Position numbers and translations under genes: made by a program. From Tubiluchus corallicola (Eukaryota > Animalia > Priapulida): a stretch of DNA of 64,000 bases. Below, piece by piece: positions 42,435 through 53,700 of the stretch (its first letter is position 1; each line of letters begins with the position of its first letter). The notes beneath the pieces are model-generated. The model was not told the DNA's origin. It saw nothing but the letters and a program-made list of their open reading frames with translations, and made no database searches. Where the stretch lies: assembly GCA_030141605.1 (NCBI GenBank), contig JAQGDQ010002395.1:53056-117055 (forward strand), in the 5' to 3' direction.

Positions 42435-42992
42435 ATGAGAAGGGCGTTATTGACATTTTTGATTCTATCGTGTTTTGCTGTTGGAGCCATATCACAAGAA
42501 TCACAGGAAAAGAATTTTACCGGTAGATTATCGGTGGGTGCTCAGTTGGGGCAGTATCAAAAGGATTTTGGGTTTGGGATGCATATAACAAGCCCATATT
42601 TTAAAGATTTAGTGGCTGTCAGAGCGAGAGGGAATTTTATGTGGAATGAGTACCTCAGATATACGGGAGACACTGGAGATACTTATATAGCGACCCAGGG
42701 GTCGTATTCAAATGTGTCTATGGGTCTTCTTGCAGGCAGGAAGGTATCAGATTTTGCTCGCTTTTATGGAGAGGCTGGAGCTATTTTTCTGTTTCCGCCA
42801 TGTGCGCTTTCGCCAGACAATTATAATGCCGGATTTTACGGACTGCTCGGTTTCGAATTTTTTATAAGTAAGCGATCCGGCTGTTTTATCGATATAGGTG
42901 GTGTTAAAGGAGCAAGAGCGACTGAAGTGATATATGACCCGTTTTATTCAAACGGATTACTGGTACATGCGGGATACAGGTTTTATTTATAA
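42435..42992 (+). CDS. Small outer-membrane beta-barrel protein
   Basis: Signal peptide, beta-strands, C-terminal GYRFYL. Confidence 0.65.
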   Translation: MRRALLTFLILSCFAVGAISQESQEKNFTGRLSVGAQLGQYQKDFGFGMHITSPYFKDLVAVRARGNFMWNEYLRYTGDTGDTYIATQGSYSNVSMGLLAGRKVSDFARFYGEAGAIFLFPPCALSPDNYNAGFYGLLGFEFFISKRSGCFIDIGGVKGARATEVIYDPFYSNGLLVHAGYRFYL

Positions 42993-43877
42993 GCTGTTGT
43001 TTTGTTCTACAAGCCTGTTAAGTACTGTTTCTACTAGTTTTTCCACAATAGGGTGGTAGTTTTCGTTTGCTTCGCCCGAAGCTCTGTTGGCTATTATTGT
43101 GCACACGGTGAGGGCACGGTGTCCTAGTAAGCGGCTTAGGCCGTATATGCCAGAGCACTCCATTTCTAGGTTGGTTATTTTAAGCCCTTCATATCTAAAT
43201 GTTTTTAGTTTGTTGTTTAGGTTTTTGTCTACAACTTTCAGGCGCAGTTCGCGTCCTTGTGGGCCATAAAACCCCGGAGCAGAGACAGTAATTACTGGAG
43301 CTATATCTTTTTTGCAAATTTTGTTGAAGAGGTGCCTGTCGGCATCGACCACATAAGGAGATGAGAGCATTTTATTCCACGCGGTATGGTTTTTGAAAGC
43401 CTTTTCAAGCTTTAAGTCTGATATGTTAATCCTTTCGGAATAATAGTTGAGTAATCCGTCAAAGCCGATTGCTTTTTGTGACGCAATGTATGAGTTGAGT
43501 TCTGTATCCTCTTGCAGTGAGCCGGATGTCCCTATTCTTACAACGTTTAGTGCTGTGTGTCTCTTTTTGGGGACCCTCTTTTTCAAATCAATATTTACAA
43601 GGGCATCCAACTCATTCATGACAATATCAATATTGTCTGTGCCTATACCTGTAGATAGTGCTGTTATTTTTGTGTTTTTATAGGTTCCTGTTGTGCTGAG
43701 GAACTCCCTGTTCCCGCCACTATAGCTTATAGTGTCAAAGTGGTTCGATATTACTTTTACACGAGCAGGATCTCCAACCAATATAACGTTTTCTGCAAGG
43801 TCTCTGGGTTTCATATGGAGATGAAAGATTGTTCCATCCCTGTTTATGATGAGTTCTGAAGGTTTTATTTTGTGCAT
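42987..43877 (-). CDS. Nucleoside (uridine) phosphorylase, PNP/UDP family
   Basis: VGDPARV, STGIGTDN, RIGTSGSLQ, GFYGPQGR, NLEME. Confidence 0.9.
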   Translation of the reverse strand: MHKIKPSELIINRDGTIFHLHMKPRDLAENVILVGDPARVKVISNHFDTISYSGGNREFLSTTGTYKNTKITALSTGIGTDNIDIVMNELDALVNIDLKKRVPKKRHTALNVVRIGTSGSLQEDTELNSYIASQKAIGFDGLLNYYSERINISDLKLEKAFKNHTAWNKMLSSPYVVDADRHLFNKICKKDIAPVITVSAPGFYGPQGRELRLKVVDKNLNNKLKTFRYEGLKITNLEMECSGIYGLSRLLGHRALTVCTIIANRASGEANENYHPIVEKLVETVLNRLVEQNNSL

Positions 43878-44231
43878 ATACCGTTTTTCCCTCTTATAGT
43901 TTTACTTGAGTATATAAAATTATTTAAATTTCATTGTGTTGCAAGTCTTTGTTGTCCTGGCATGTGTTTTATAGGTTTTTTGGAGCTGGAGATTTTTGCT
44001 TATGAGGAGGAAAAACTTTGTGAGTGGCAGTAACTTGTTGATGCAATTAGGGGTTTTGAAGATATTTTATGATGAAAAAATAGCAGATAGGCAGGTTAAG
44101 CAGTATGGTATCTTTGTAAATACTCAGGTTTTTATGGTTTATATTTTAACAGATGTTTAACAGTTTTTTTATGGATAGGTTGAAAAAAATTAGCACCTTC
44201 GTGTGTTGTTAACAATTTAAAATAAGGAAAG

Positions 44232-45041
44232 ATGAATTTAAAAAAGACTTATGTTATTGCTGCGGTGGCAGTATTATTTATCATAATATTTTTCGGAAGT
44301 AGTATGTTTTTCACTATTCACCCCGGAGAGAGGGCTGTTATTTTTCGCAAGTTTTCTACCGGGCTGGATAAGGAGAGTGTATATACACCGGGGTTTCATA
44401 TTATAGCACCGTGGAACACCCTTTACATGTATGATGTTAAAGAGCAAAAAGCGGAAGAGACACTTGATGTACTTGACAAGAGCGGGCTTTCTATAAGTGT
44501 GAATGTTTCTGTGCGCTTCAATCCTACATACAATAGGATAGGATATTTGCATGAGGTTTTTGGGAAGGGGTATATCAATCGTCTTATAATACCTGAAGTG
44601 CGATCTACAGTAAGGCGGGTTGCGGGCCGCTATACGGCGGAGGAGATTTATTCTACTAAAAGGGCAGAAGTGGAGTTGGCTATAGAGTTAGAAACCAAGA
44701 GTGTACTGGAAAATAACAATATAGATATGAGAGCTATGCTTATTCGCTCTATCAACCTTCCTAATGAGATTAAGCAGGCTATTGAGAGCAAGCTGAAACA
44801 GGAGCAGGAAGCTTTGGCATACCAGTTTAGGCTTGACAAGGAGAAAAGTGAGGCAGAGAGAAAGCGTATTGAGGCTGAGGGTATAGCAAAATACAATAAT
44901 ATAATTAATGCGTCGCTTACAGAGAGAGTGTTGAAGCAGCGAGGTCTGGAAGCGACTTTGGAGCTGGCTTTGTCCGGTAATAGCAAGGTTGTTGTGATTG
45001 GTTCAGGTAAAGATGGCTTGCCTCTGATACTTGGCAACTAA
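44232..45041 (+). CDS. Prohibitin/SPFH domain protein
   Basis: PGERAVIFRKF, GFHIIAPWN, AERKRIEAEGIA, GLPLILG. Confidence 0.92.
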   Translation: MNLKKTYVIAAVAVLFIIIFFGSSMFFTIHPGERAVIFRKFSTGLDKESVYTPGFHIIAPWNTLYMYDVKEQKAEETLDVLDKSGLSISVNVSVRFNPTYNRIGYLHEVFGKGYINRLIIPEVRSTVRRVAGRYTAEEIYSTKRAEVELAIELETKSVLENNNIDMRAMLIRSINLPNEIKQAIESKLKQEQEALAYQFRLDKEKSEAERKRIEAEGIAKYNNIINASLTERVLKQRGLEATLELALSGNSKVVVIGSGKDGLPLILGN

Positions 45042-45118
45042 GTGTACCCAGGAGTAGCTTTATTAGTTGAGTTTATGATAGTAGCATTTTGTATTGCTAT
45101 GTAAAGTTTTTGTGCAGA

Positions 45119-45580
45119 ATGTTGCAGAGAGTTCAGACATTATATTTATTGATATCACTTTTGTTGATTGGCGCAATGTTTTTTGTTTTGTTTGCTACAA
45201 TTACCGGTAGTGACGGTAATTTGTATCAATTTGATATAAAAGGTATTTGGGAAGATAGTGATGAGCATAACATTATTTTTGACGGGTGGCCTGTCGTGGT
45301 GATGGCTGCAATATGCACATTGATAATGTTTTTTGCCGTTTTTTTGTACAAGAGGAGGATTTTGCAGATACGCATGTGTGTGCTTAGCCTTCTTTTGGAT
45401 TTGGGTCTGTCTGGTGTTATTTACTATTTTTCCCGTCATGGAGCAAATTTGCTAAGTGGTTCTTACCGTTTTCAAATAGGAGTTATTTTGCCTCTTATTG
45501 CGGTTATTTTCACCTATCTGGCAATACGGTCTATAGGTAAGGACGAGGCGCTGATACGCTCTTTGGACAGGCTCAGATAA
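45119..45580 (+). CDS. DUF4293 membrane protein
   Basis: MLQRVQTLYL, FLYKRRILQ, IGKDEALIRSLDRLR. Confidence 0.88.
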   Translation: MLQRVQTLYLLISLLLIGAMFFVLFATITGSDGNLYQFDIKGIWEDSDEHNIIFDGWPVVVMAAICTLIMFFAVFLYKRRILQIRMCVLSLLLDLGLSGVIYYFSRHGANLLSGSYRFQIGVILPLIAVIFTYLAIRSIGKDEALIRSLDRLR

Positions 45581-45717
45581 GGGGCTGTAAGGCTCATCTT
45601 TTTTATTAATCTTTTTGTTAAGATCCCTATTTGTGCCGATAGGGAGTGTTTTTATCATTGAGTTTTTCCTCAATCGGAACCGGTTTTTTTTGTCTCTCTT
45701 GTAAAGGGTTCATTTTT

Positions 45718-47295
45718 TTAGTTTTTCATCCACCAAAGCTGTTTCCATATCTTTTCACCATCATTTTTTTGCAATACACCCGGTGTGCTTCTCCCTTCTT
45801 CTATGTATTTTGTTAGCAGATTCCTGAGTTCTGTTACCTTTTCAGGATGTTTTTCCTGCATGTTACTTTTTTCAGCCGGGTCTTCTTTCAAGTTGTACAG
45901 TTGCACTAGTGGTAATTGTTCGATTACCTTGCTGTTTTCAGGTCTTGGGAAGCTCCATCCACCTGAGCCGGGACACATAATGAGCTTCCAGTCTCCTTTG
46001 CGAATGGCAAAGCTTCCGTTAATGGAGTGGTGTACTGTTGCTTCCCGGTAGTTTCTGCCAGTAACAGTCTGTTTAAATAGAGGTATCATGCTGTAACTAT
46101 CCTCTGCTTCATTGCTTTGTAGTTTGTGTCCGGTAATTTCGGCGCAGGTGGCAGCGAGGTCGGTGGTGCAAATCACCTGGTCTGAGGAGGTGCCGGCTTT
46201 AATAACTTTAGGCCATTTTGCGATGAAAGGGACTCTATGCCCACCTTCAAAAATATCGGCTTTATGTCCCCGATAAGTGGCGCTTGGATTATGCCCTTTT
46301 TCCAATAGTTCGGGGTATCCTGCTTCTGGTGAGCAACCATTGTCTGATGTAAAAATAATCAGTGTATTGTCCTCTATTCCCGATTTTTTAACGACATCGA
46401 TTAGCTGTCCCATGTAGTTGTCGATCAACATCACAAAGTCACCATATGGGTTTAGCCCACTCTTACCTTTCCACTCTTTTGTGGGTAAGATAGGTGTATG
46501 TGGTGATGGTAAAGGGAGGTAAAGAAAGAAAGGCTTATTGCCTTCTGCATGTTCCCGGACATATTTGATGCTACGCCGAAAGAAGTTTGGAGTTACATCC
46601 TCGTGAATAAAATCTGGTGCTGTTAAGCCATTTCGCCACCATCCATATTTATCTTTACTTTCTGTTTTTTCTGTTGGTATGGCAGTGGCTTTTCCATTTT
46701 CGACATAGACATAAGGGCTCATGTCAAGTGAGCCACAGTGGGCGTAAGCGTAGTCAAAGCCTAAGTCGTTGGGGGTATGGGTGATCTCTTTGGAAAAGTC
46801 AATGTTTCCGTCTTCACCTTTTGCCCAGTTCCACCCCAAGTGCCATTTTCCAATACATGCATTATGGTAACCGGCCTTTTTCAAAATGGAGGCTACTGTT
46901 GACCTGTCATTCGGAATTAGTGCAGGCGATTTTCCACTTAAAACGCCTTTTTTTAGGGTTGAGCGCCAATTGTAACGCCCGGTTAAAATACCATAACGGG
47001 TGGGGGTGCATACTGATGATGATGTGTGTGCATCGGTAAATATCATCCCCTCTTGTGCCAATTTGTTTAAGGAAGGTGTCGGGATTTTTGAGTCGGGGTT
47101 GAATGCTTCGATGTCTCCATATCCGAGGTCATCTGCCAGAACATATATGATATTGGGTAGTTTTTGGGCTGGCGTATGTGTCGCGAAAAGCAGAAGTAAC
47201 AGAGATAGACGGGTTTTGTGGTTCAGTGTTTTTTGAACTGTCGTGGCTGAAATTGTCAAGAGCTGACCGACAAGAGAGAGGAGAGGTGTTTTCAT
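45718..47295 (-). CDS. Arylsulfatase-like S1 sulfatase (Cys type)
   Basis: LADDLGYGD, CTPTRYGILTGR, GKWHLG, FTSDNG, EGGHRVPFI. Confidence 0.95.
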   Translation of the reverse strand: MKTPLLSLVGQLLTISATTVQKTLNHKTRLSLLLLLFATHTPAQKLPNIIYVLADDLGYGDIEAFNPDSKIPTPSLNKLAQEGMIFTDAHTSSSVCTPTRYGILTGRYNWRSTLKKGVLSGKSPALIPNDRSTVASILKKAGYHNACIGKWHLGWNWAKGEDGNIDFSKEITHTPNDLGFDYAYAHCGSLDMSPYVYVENGKATAIPTEKTESKDKYGWWRNGLTAPDFIHEDVTPNFFRRSIKYVREHAEGNKPFFLYLPLPSPHTPILPTKEWKGKSGLNPYGDFVMLIDNYMGQLIDVVKKSGIEDNTLIIFTSDNGCSPEAGYPELLEKGHNPSATYRGHKADIFEGGHRVPFIAKWPKVIKAGTSSDQVICTTDLAATCAEITGHKLQSNEAEDSYSMIPLFKQTVTGRNYREATVHHSINGSFAIRKGDWKLIMCPGSGGWSFPRPENSKVIEQLPLVQLYNLKEDPAEKSNMQEKHPEKVTELRNLLTKYIEEGRSTPGVLQKNDGEKIWKQLWWMKN

Positions 47296-47633
47296 GTTGA
47301 TTTATAGTAGTTTATAATATTCTTTAGAAGGTAATAATGTAAAATAAAATAAAGGTGTAGTAAAAGTATAATAAAAAAGGGATTTATCTGCGTTTAAGGT
47401 TTGTAAGTTTAGTGGTACTATAGAAGTTGAAGGCGGAGGCCTTTGTAAAGTTTGTCTTTTTTACCTGCCTTTTGCATGAGCGGGCTGAAAATTTTCAGTG
47501 GTCTTTTTCATTGGGATCCAAGTTGTTCCATTTTGGGAAGGTTTATTTTATGTGCAATTGTCTGTGTGTTGCATCTGCCTTGTTGCGCTGTGTCTGTAGT
47601 GTTTTTTAGAATTAGTTTCTATCTTTGTTTTCT

Positions 47634-48002
47634 ATGAGAAGGAGGAAGCGTATAGTGTTTTTTTATCCATCGTTGTGTCTTTTGCTTGTATACTTAGCTG
47701 CAGCAGCAGGTATGATTATAAACCGGCATACTCATGTTTTGCATAATGGTGTATTTATTACTCATTCTCATCCTTTTACAAAGGATATTTCTGAGGGAGA
47801 TGGAGGGCAAGATCACACACATACCCGGGAAGAGTATACTTTTTACCATTTTTTTAACGGCCTGGCGGATAGTTTAGATTTTTTGTCCAACGGAGTTGAT
47901 GTAATACTTCCTACAGTTCAGTTTGAGTCTGTCAGCCTGGCAGGTTATACCGGAACAGGAGAGATATTTTATCATACAGGTCGCTCTCCTCCCTATATAT
48001 AG
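47634..48002 (+). CDS. Small His-rich hypothetical protein preceding the TonB-dependent receptor
   Basis: TM/signal segment, HTH...HSHP...HTH, C-terminal GRSPP. Confidence 0.7.
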   Translation: MRRRKRIVFFYPSLCLLLVYLAAAAGMIINRHTHVLHNGVFITHSHPFTKDISEGDGGQDHTHTREEYTFYHFFNGLADSLDFLSNGVDVILPTVQFESVSLAGYTGTGEIFYHTGRSPPYI

Positions 48003-48047
48003 TTTTCATTTTGAGCTTTTTGCAAATTCATATTTATTTTTAAAGAT

Positions 48048-48078
48048 TTATCTGATACTTATCTGATACTTATCTGAT
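48048..48078. repeat. 11-bp tandem repeat x~2.8 upstream of the TonB receptor
   Basis: ttatctgatac ttatctgatac ttatctgat. Confidence 0.8.
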
Positions 48079-48154
48079 GTATTGCATAGGCTGCTATATA
48101 CCAGTATTAAAGTTTAATCAATTTGGTGTTTAATAATTGTAATAATATTATACG

Positions 48155-50548
48155 ATGATATTAAGAAATATTGTTGCGATGGCACTTGTTGTCGCATTTC
48201 CATTTTATAGTGCTGCTCAAAGTCAGGGTGGTAGTAACACAAAAAGAAGTAATACTGATGCCAATATTATGGGGCATGTAACGTGCGAAGGGGAGCACGT
48301 AGAGTTTGCGAGTATTATAATAGAGGGTACAACGATAGGTATTGCTACTGATGAGACGGGTCATTTTATGCTTGTAAACTTGCCTGTAGGCCGGCAAAAA
48401 GTTCGCGTCAGGGCTATGGGGTTCACTAGTGTAGTTAAAGATGTTGACCTTGAGAGAGGAAAAACAGTTGAGCTCAACTTTGATATAGAGAGAGATAATA
48501 TAGGGCTTAATACTATAGTTGTGTCGGCAAACAGGAATGAGCAGAATTTGAAAACGGCAGTAACGGTGGTGAATAGTATTCCCCAGAAATTGCTCGAGCG
48601 AGTAAATGCCGCAACATTGAGCGAGGGGCTTAGTTTTGCACCCGGGATACGTATGGAGAATAATTGTCAAAACTGTGGATTTACACAGGTTAGGATGAAT
48701 GGGTTGGAGGGACATTATTCTCAGATATTGATAAATAGTCGTCCTATTTTCAGTGGGTTGGCAGGGATTTACGGACTTGAAATGATTCCTGCAAATATGA
48801 TTGACAGGATAGAGGTTGTAAGGGGTGGAGGTTCTGCTCTTTACGGTTCAAGCGCTATAGCGGGTACGATAAACGTTATTACGAGAGATCCTGTAAGGAA
48901 CAGCTATCAGATAGCGGGCAATTACAGCGGTATAGGTGCTGGAACTGATGGGACCCCTGCAAGTGACTACAATATGAGCTTTAACGCATCTGTAGTTGCA
49001 AAAGATTATCGTTCGGGAGTGAGTGTATATGGTTTTCACCGTGATAGAGGAGCATATGATGCAAATAACGACGGCTTTTCTGAGTTATCTACAATAAGTA
49101 ATAGTTCTATGGGGCTCAGGGGGTACTATCGTTTGCGAAATAGAAGCAAGATAACTTTTGACTATTTTCATATTGGAGAGGGTAGAAGAGGGGGGAATAA
49201 GTTTGATTTGCCACTTCATGAGGCAGATATTTCGGAAGCTGTAGTCCACAAAATAAATACAGGTGCGGTGATGTGGGAGAAGTTTACCAGTGAGTTCAAT
49301 AAGTTGTCACTATTCGGGTCTATGCAGCATATAGAGAGGGATAGCTACTACGGTGCAGAGCAGGATCCGTCTGCATTTGGAAAAACGAATGGCCTGACCT
49401 ATTCACTGGGTGGGCAGTACTCTCATGATTTTAATCAGATCCCTATTGGTTCAGCGGAACTTATAGTTGGGTTAGAAAATAGTGGAGATATCCTGGAGGA
49501 TGATAAGCTCGGGTATTTTAATCATGAAGAGAGCATATTTGTTGATGGGACAAAGATTGCCAGCCAGAGAGTGAATACGGCCAGTGCTTTCGCTCAGGGA
49601 GAGTGGTTGGTTAACCGGCTTAAAGTAGGTCTTGGCGGGCGTTTAGATTATTATTATATAAGAGATGAAGTGGGAGAGTCTGATGATAGTGAAGGGTTTG
49701 TAGTAAGTCCCCGGGTAAGTACAATGTATGATATAACGAGTGAAATAAAGTTCAGAGCTAGCTATGCTAAGGGCTTTAGGACTCCGCAGATATTTGATGA
49801 AGATCTGCATATTGCAACATCGGGATTGAGAAAGATTATTTATAAGAATGCTGACGGACTTAAGCAGGAGACATCTCACAGCTTTTCCTCGTCACTTAAC
49901 TGGGCAACTACTGCGGGTAGCACTCAGACAGACATTCTTGTGGAAGGCTTTTACACCAGGCTTAAAGATCCATTCTCCATTGATTATGGTGAGTCTGATG
50001 AAAATGGCGTAGCGGTAAATACGCGAATAAATGCAGAGAGTGCTACTGTGGCCGGGGTAAATATTGAGTTTAATGCTGCATTTTCTTACAGGTTCCAGAT
50101 GCAGTCCGGCTTTACTCTGCAGCAAAGCAGATATAGCAAGCCTCAGGAGGATTTTGATGAGGCGAAGTTTTACCGAACGCCGGAGTCATATGGGTACCTC
50201 TCTTTTGACTGGGGTTTTCTTCCCGGATTTTGCTTTTCATCTACAGCAAATTATACAGGAAAAATGCTTGTTCCCTATTTTTGGACAGAGACTATTGAAG
50301 GAGAGGAGGTTGAAAATAGCGAGTTGCGCAGAACATCCCCATTTTTTGAGCTGGGGTTAAAGCTGGCTTATGACGAGATATCGCTTGGCGGCGATGCAAA
50401 GCTGGAACTTTCGTGTGGAGTGAAGAACCTGTTAAATTCATACCAAAACGATTTTGATACGGGAATTAATAGAGATCCCGGCTATGTGTATGGGCCACTG
50501 GTGCCACGCACGGTTTTTATAGGGGTGAGGATAGGAAATCTATTTTAG
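48155..50548 (+). CDS. TonB-dependent receptor (metal uptake type)
   Basis: Carboxypeptidase-like N-domain, plug with NNCQNCG, IEVVRGGGSALYGSSAIAG, C-terminal PRTVFIG. Confidence 0.93.
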   Translation: MILRNIVAMALVVAFPFYSAAQSQGGSNTKRSNTDANIMGHVTCEGEHVEFASIIIEGTTIGIATDETGHFMLVNLPVGRQKVRVRAMGFTSVVKDVDLERGKTVELNFDIERDNIGLNTIVVSANRNEQNLKTAVTVVNSIPQKLLERVNAATLSEGLSFAPGIRMENNCQNCGFTQVRMNGLEGHYSQILINSRPIFSGLAGIYGLEMIPANMIDRIEVVRGGGSALYGSSAIAGTINVITRDPVRNSYQIAGNYSGIGAGTDGTPASDYNMSFNASVVAKDYRSGVSVYGFHRDRGAYDANNDGFSELSTISNSSMGLRGYYRLRNRSKITFDYFHIGEGRRGGNKFDLPLHEADISEAVVHKINTGAVMWEKFTSEFNKLSLFGSMQHIERDSYYGAEQDPSAFGKTNGLTYSLGGQYSHDFNQIPIGSAELIVGLENSGDILEDDKLGYFNHEESIFVDGTKIASQRVNTASAFAQGEWLVNRLKVGLGGRLDYYYIRDEVGESDDSEGFVVSPRVSTMYDITSEIKFRASYAKGFRTPQIFDEDLHIATSGLRKIIYKNADGLKQETSHSFSSSLNWATTAGSTQTDILVEGFYTRLKDPFSIDYGESDENGVAVNTRINAESATVAGVNIEFNAAFSYRFQMQSGFTLQQSRYSKPQEDFDEAKFYRTPESYGYLSFDWGFLPGFCFSSTANYTGKMLVPYFWTETIEGEEVENSELRRTSPFFELGLKLAYDEISLGGDAKLELSCGVKNLLNSYQNDFDTGINRDPGYVYGPLVPRTVFIGVRIGNLF

Positions 50549-50565
50549 AGTAGTGTAAGGGTTTC

Positions 50566-50599
50566 TTTACGTTCTTTTGTTTTGATAGAAAAGAATCAA
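50566..50599. repeat. REP-like hairpin copy, left of the large surface gene
   Basis: tttacgttcttttgttttgatagaaaagaatcaa, a direct repeat of 56032-56066. Confidence 0.85.
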
Positions 50600-50744
50600 C
50601 TATCCTGGGTGCTATAGGACTACTAGGGATTTTTAACCTTTTTTAATAAAAGAATTTAGTATCTTTGCAGTGTATTAATAATTTGATTTGCAGTGTTACA
50701 CAAATAGTGCAGTTCATTGGTGTAAAATTAAAAACAGAATTTGG

Positions 50745-53700
50745 ATGAAAACTTTTTTAAAAGCTTTAAAATCAGTCACAGCATTGTTGTTTCTTTTATT
50801 CCTGGCTATTACATTGGGATGTAAAAAAGGGGATGAAAAACCACCTCTCTCCGATGAGAATCTGATTACTGAGTTTGCGTTTAGGAAAAGTGTCAATGGG
50901 TCATTAGCTGTCGATGTAGATGCGGGTGTAATCACAGGCACAGAAATTGAGCTAAAAGTTCCTTTTAGTACAAACCTTTTTCTAATCCCTACAATAGTGG
51001 TATCTGATGGTGCCACTATTAGTCCTGAAAGTGGAGTGGGTATAATCTTTGAAGAAACAAACCCTACAACTTACACAGTAACAGCGGAGAATGGCGACGA
51101 GCGGGAGTATAAAGTAACAGTTACGAAGTTACCTGGAAGTAGTGCAAACTCGATTACGAGCTATGTATTTGAGGCAGATAAAAATAGTGATAAAGGATTA
51201 ACTAAAGATGTAAAGGCGGAAGATGTTACAGGCCCAGATATCACACTCACAGTACCTTTTGGTACAGCCCTCGAGTTAACTCCTACAATAGAGATATCGG
51301 ATGGTGCCACTATTAATCCTGCTAGTGGAGTGCCTGTAAACTTTGGACTACTAAACCATCTAACCTACACAGTAACAGCGGAGAATGGCGACGAGCAGGA
51401 TTATAAAGTAACAGTTACTGTAGCAGAAAATACCGAATGTGAAATCAAAACTTTTGTGTTTGAGGAAAAAAATAATGAGAATAATTTATATGTCGATGTA
51501 GATGCGGGCGTAATTACAGGCCCAGATATCACACTCACAGTACCTTTTGGTACAGCCCTCGAGTTAACTCCTACAATAGAGATATCGGATGGTGCCACTA
51601 TTAATCCTGCTAGTGGAGTGCCTGTAAACTTTGAAGAAACAAACCCTACAACTTACACAGTAACAGCGGAGAATGGCGACGACAAGCAGTATTATACAGT
51701 AACAGTTGAAGTAGCACAAAATACCGAATGTGAAATCAAAACTTTTGTGTTTGAGGAAAAAAATAATGAGAATAATTTATATGTCGATGTAGATGCGGGC
51801 GTAATTACAGGCACAGATATCCCACTCATAGTACCTTTTGGTACAGACCTCGAGTTAACTCCTACAATAGGAATATCGGATGGTGCCACTATTAGTCCGG
51901 ATAGTGGTGAATCTGTGGACTTTTCCAGCAGCGCCACACAAGCTGTAGAATACACAGTAACATCAGAAGATAATACTACTACTGAGACTTATAGAGTAGT
52001 AGTTACTGTAGCATCTGAAACAGACAAAGAGATTACGAGCTTTGTGTTTGAGGCAGATAAAAATAGTGATAAAGGATTAACTAAAGATGTAGTGGCGGAA
52101 GATGTTACAGGTCCGGATATCACATTAATAGTACCTTATAATACAAATGTAGCATCATTAACTCCTACAATTACAATAAAAGGTAAACACATCACTCCTA
52201 AAAGTGGAGAGGCAATAAGTTTCGAGAGTTTTGTAACCTATACAGTAACAGCAGGGGATGACACGACTCAGGATTATAAAGTAACAGTTAATAAAGAGGA
52301 GGCTAGCACAGCAAGCGACATACTCCGCTTTGCATTTGAGGTAGGGGATAATAAAGATAAATTAACTGAAGACGTAGTTGTGGAAAATATTACAAGCACA
52401 GATATCACACTCGAAGTACCTTATGGCACAAACCTCGAGCTAATCCCCAGAATAGAGATATCGGAGTATGCTTCAATAGATCCTGAAAGTGGTGTATTAA
52501 ATGATTTTTCCAACAGTGAATCAGCACCTGTAGAATACGAAGTAACAGCTCAAGATGATGAAACCACTAAGGTTTACGAAGTAACAGTAAAAGAAACGCC
52601 AGCAAGTGACGAAAAAGAGATCACTCTCTTTGACTTTGAAGTATCAGACAACCCTACATATATAGAAGAAAAAGTGGAGGGTGATATTTCACCTGAAGAC
52701 AATACAATTAGATTAAAGGTACCTTTTGGTACAGACGTGCATTCACTAAGGCCCAGAATAGAGATATCGGAGTATGCTTCAATAAGTCCTGAAAGTGGTG
52801 TATTAAATGATTTTTCCAACAGTGAATCAGCACCTGTAGAATACGAAGTAACAGCTCAAGATGAAACTTCCCAGACTTATTATGTAACCGTAGTCATCGA
52901 AAATATACCACGCCCCACTTTCACTGTTTTAAGTTATAATAATGGAGCCAATCGTATAGGAGCCGGAGACTTAGAAAAGCCGGATCTGTTTCAGATAGGA
53001 GATCTTCAGGATGGTAGTTATGACTATTCACTAAAGATAGACAACAAAGATGCAGGAGGTGGTACATTATCAGTATTGGGTGGTAAAGCCTCAATAGGCA
53101 GTACGCTGCTTGCTTCTGACTGGAATGAAATAGATGATGGCAATATTACCATTGTATTAACCTTAGAAGGTTCTACCTTTAGCTACAACACTACCAAAGA
53201 GCAGTATAGTGTAAAGAGTTGGCAGGATCTTCAGGGGATGAAGTACGGTTTGTCAGGTGACTACACTTACACTTTGATGAATGATATAGAGCTGCCTGAC
53301 CCCTCCCAAACAGGAGGCACTTTCCCGGAGGAGCTTCCTGCAGCAGGTTTTGACCCTGTGGGTGGTGGCAGTAATAGATTTACAGGTTCATTTAGTTCAG
53401 CTAGTGGAGAGATATATGTAATAAGCAACCTATTTATAGATAGAGGAAATGATGAATATGTAGGGCTGTTTGCTTATGCATTCAATGCAACCATTGAGAA
53501 TGTTGGAATAGAAATATCAGATGGTGGTGTGACGGGGCATGAATATGCTGGTGGCCTGATGGGGTATAATCGTAGTAGTACTGTTAATAATATTACCATT
53601 ACCGGTGGTAGTATAAAGTCAACAAGAACAGGTTCTGATGGTGACGACGGGTGTGTTGGCAGCCTGGTGGGGTGTAATTTCGAGGGCAGTATAACCAACT

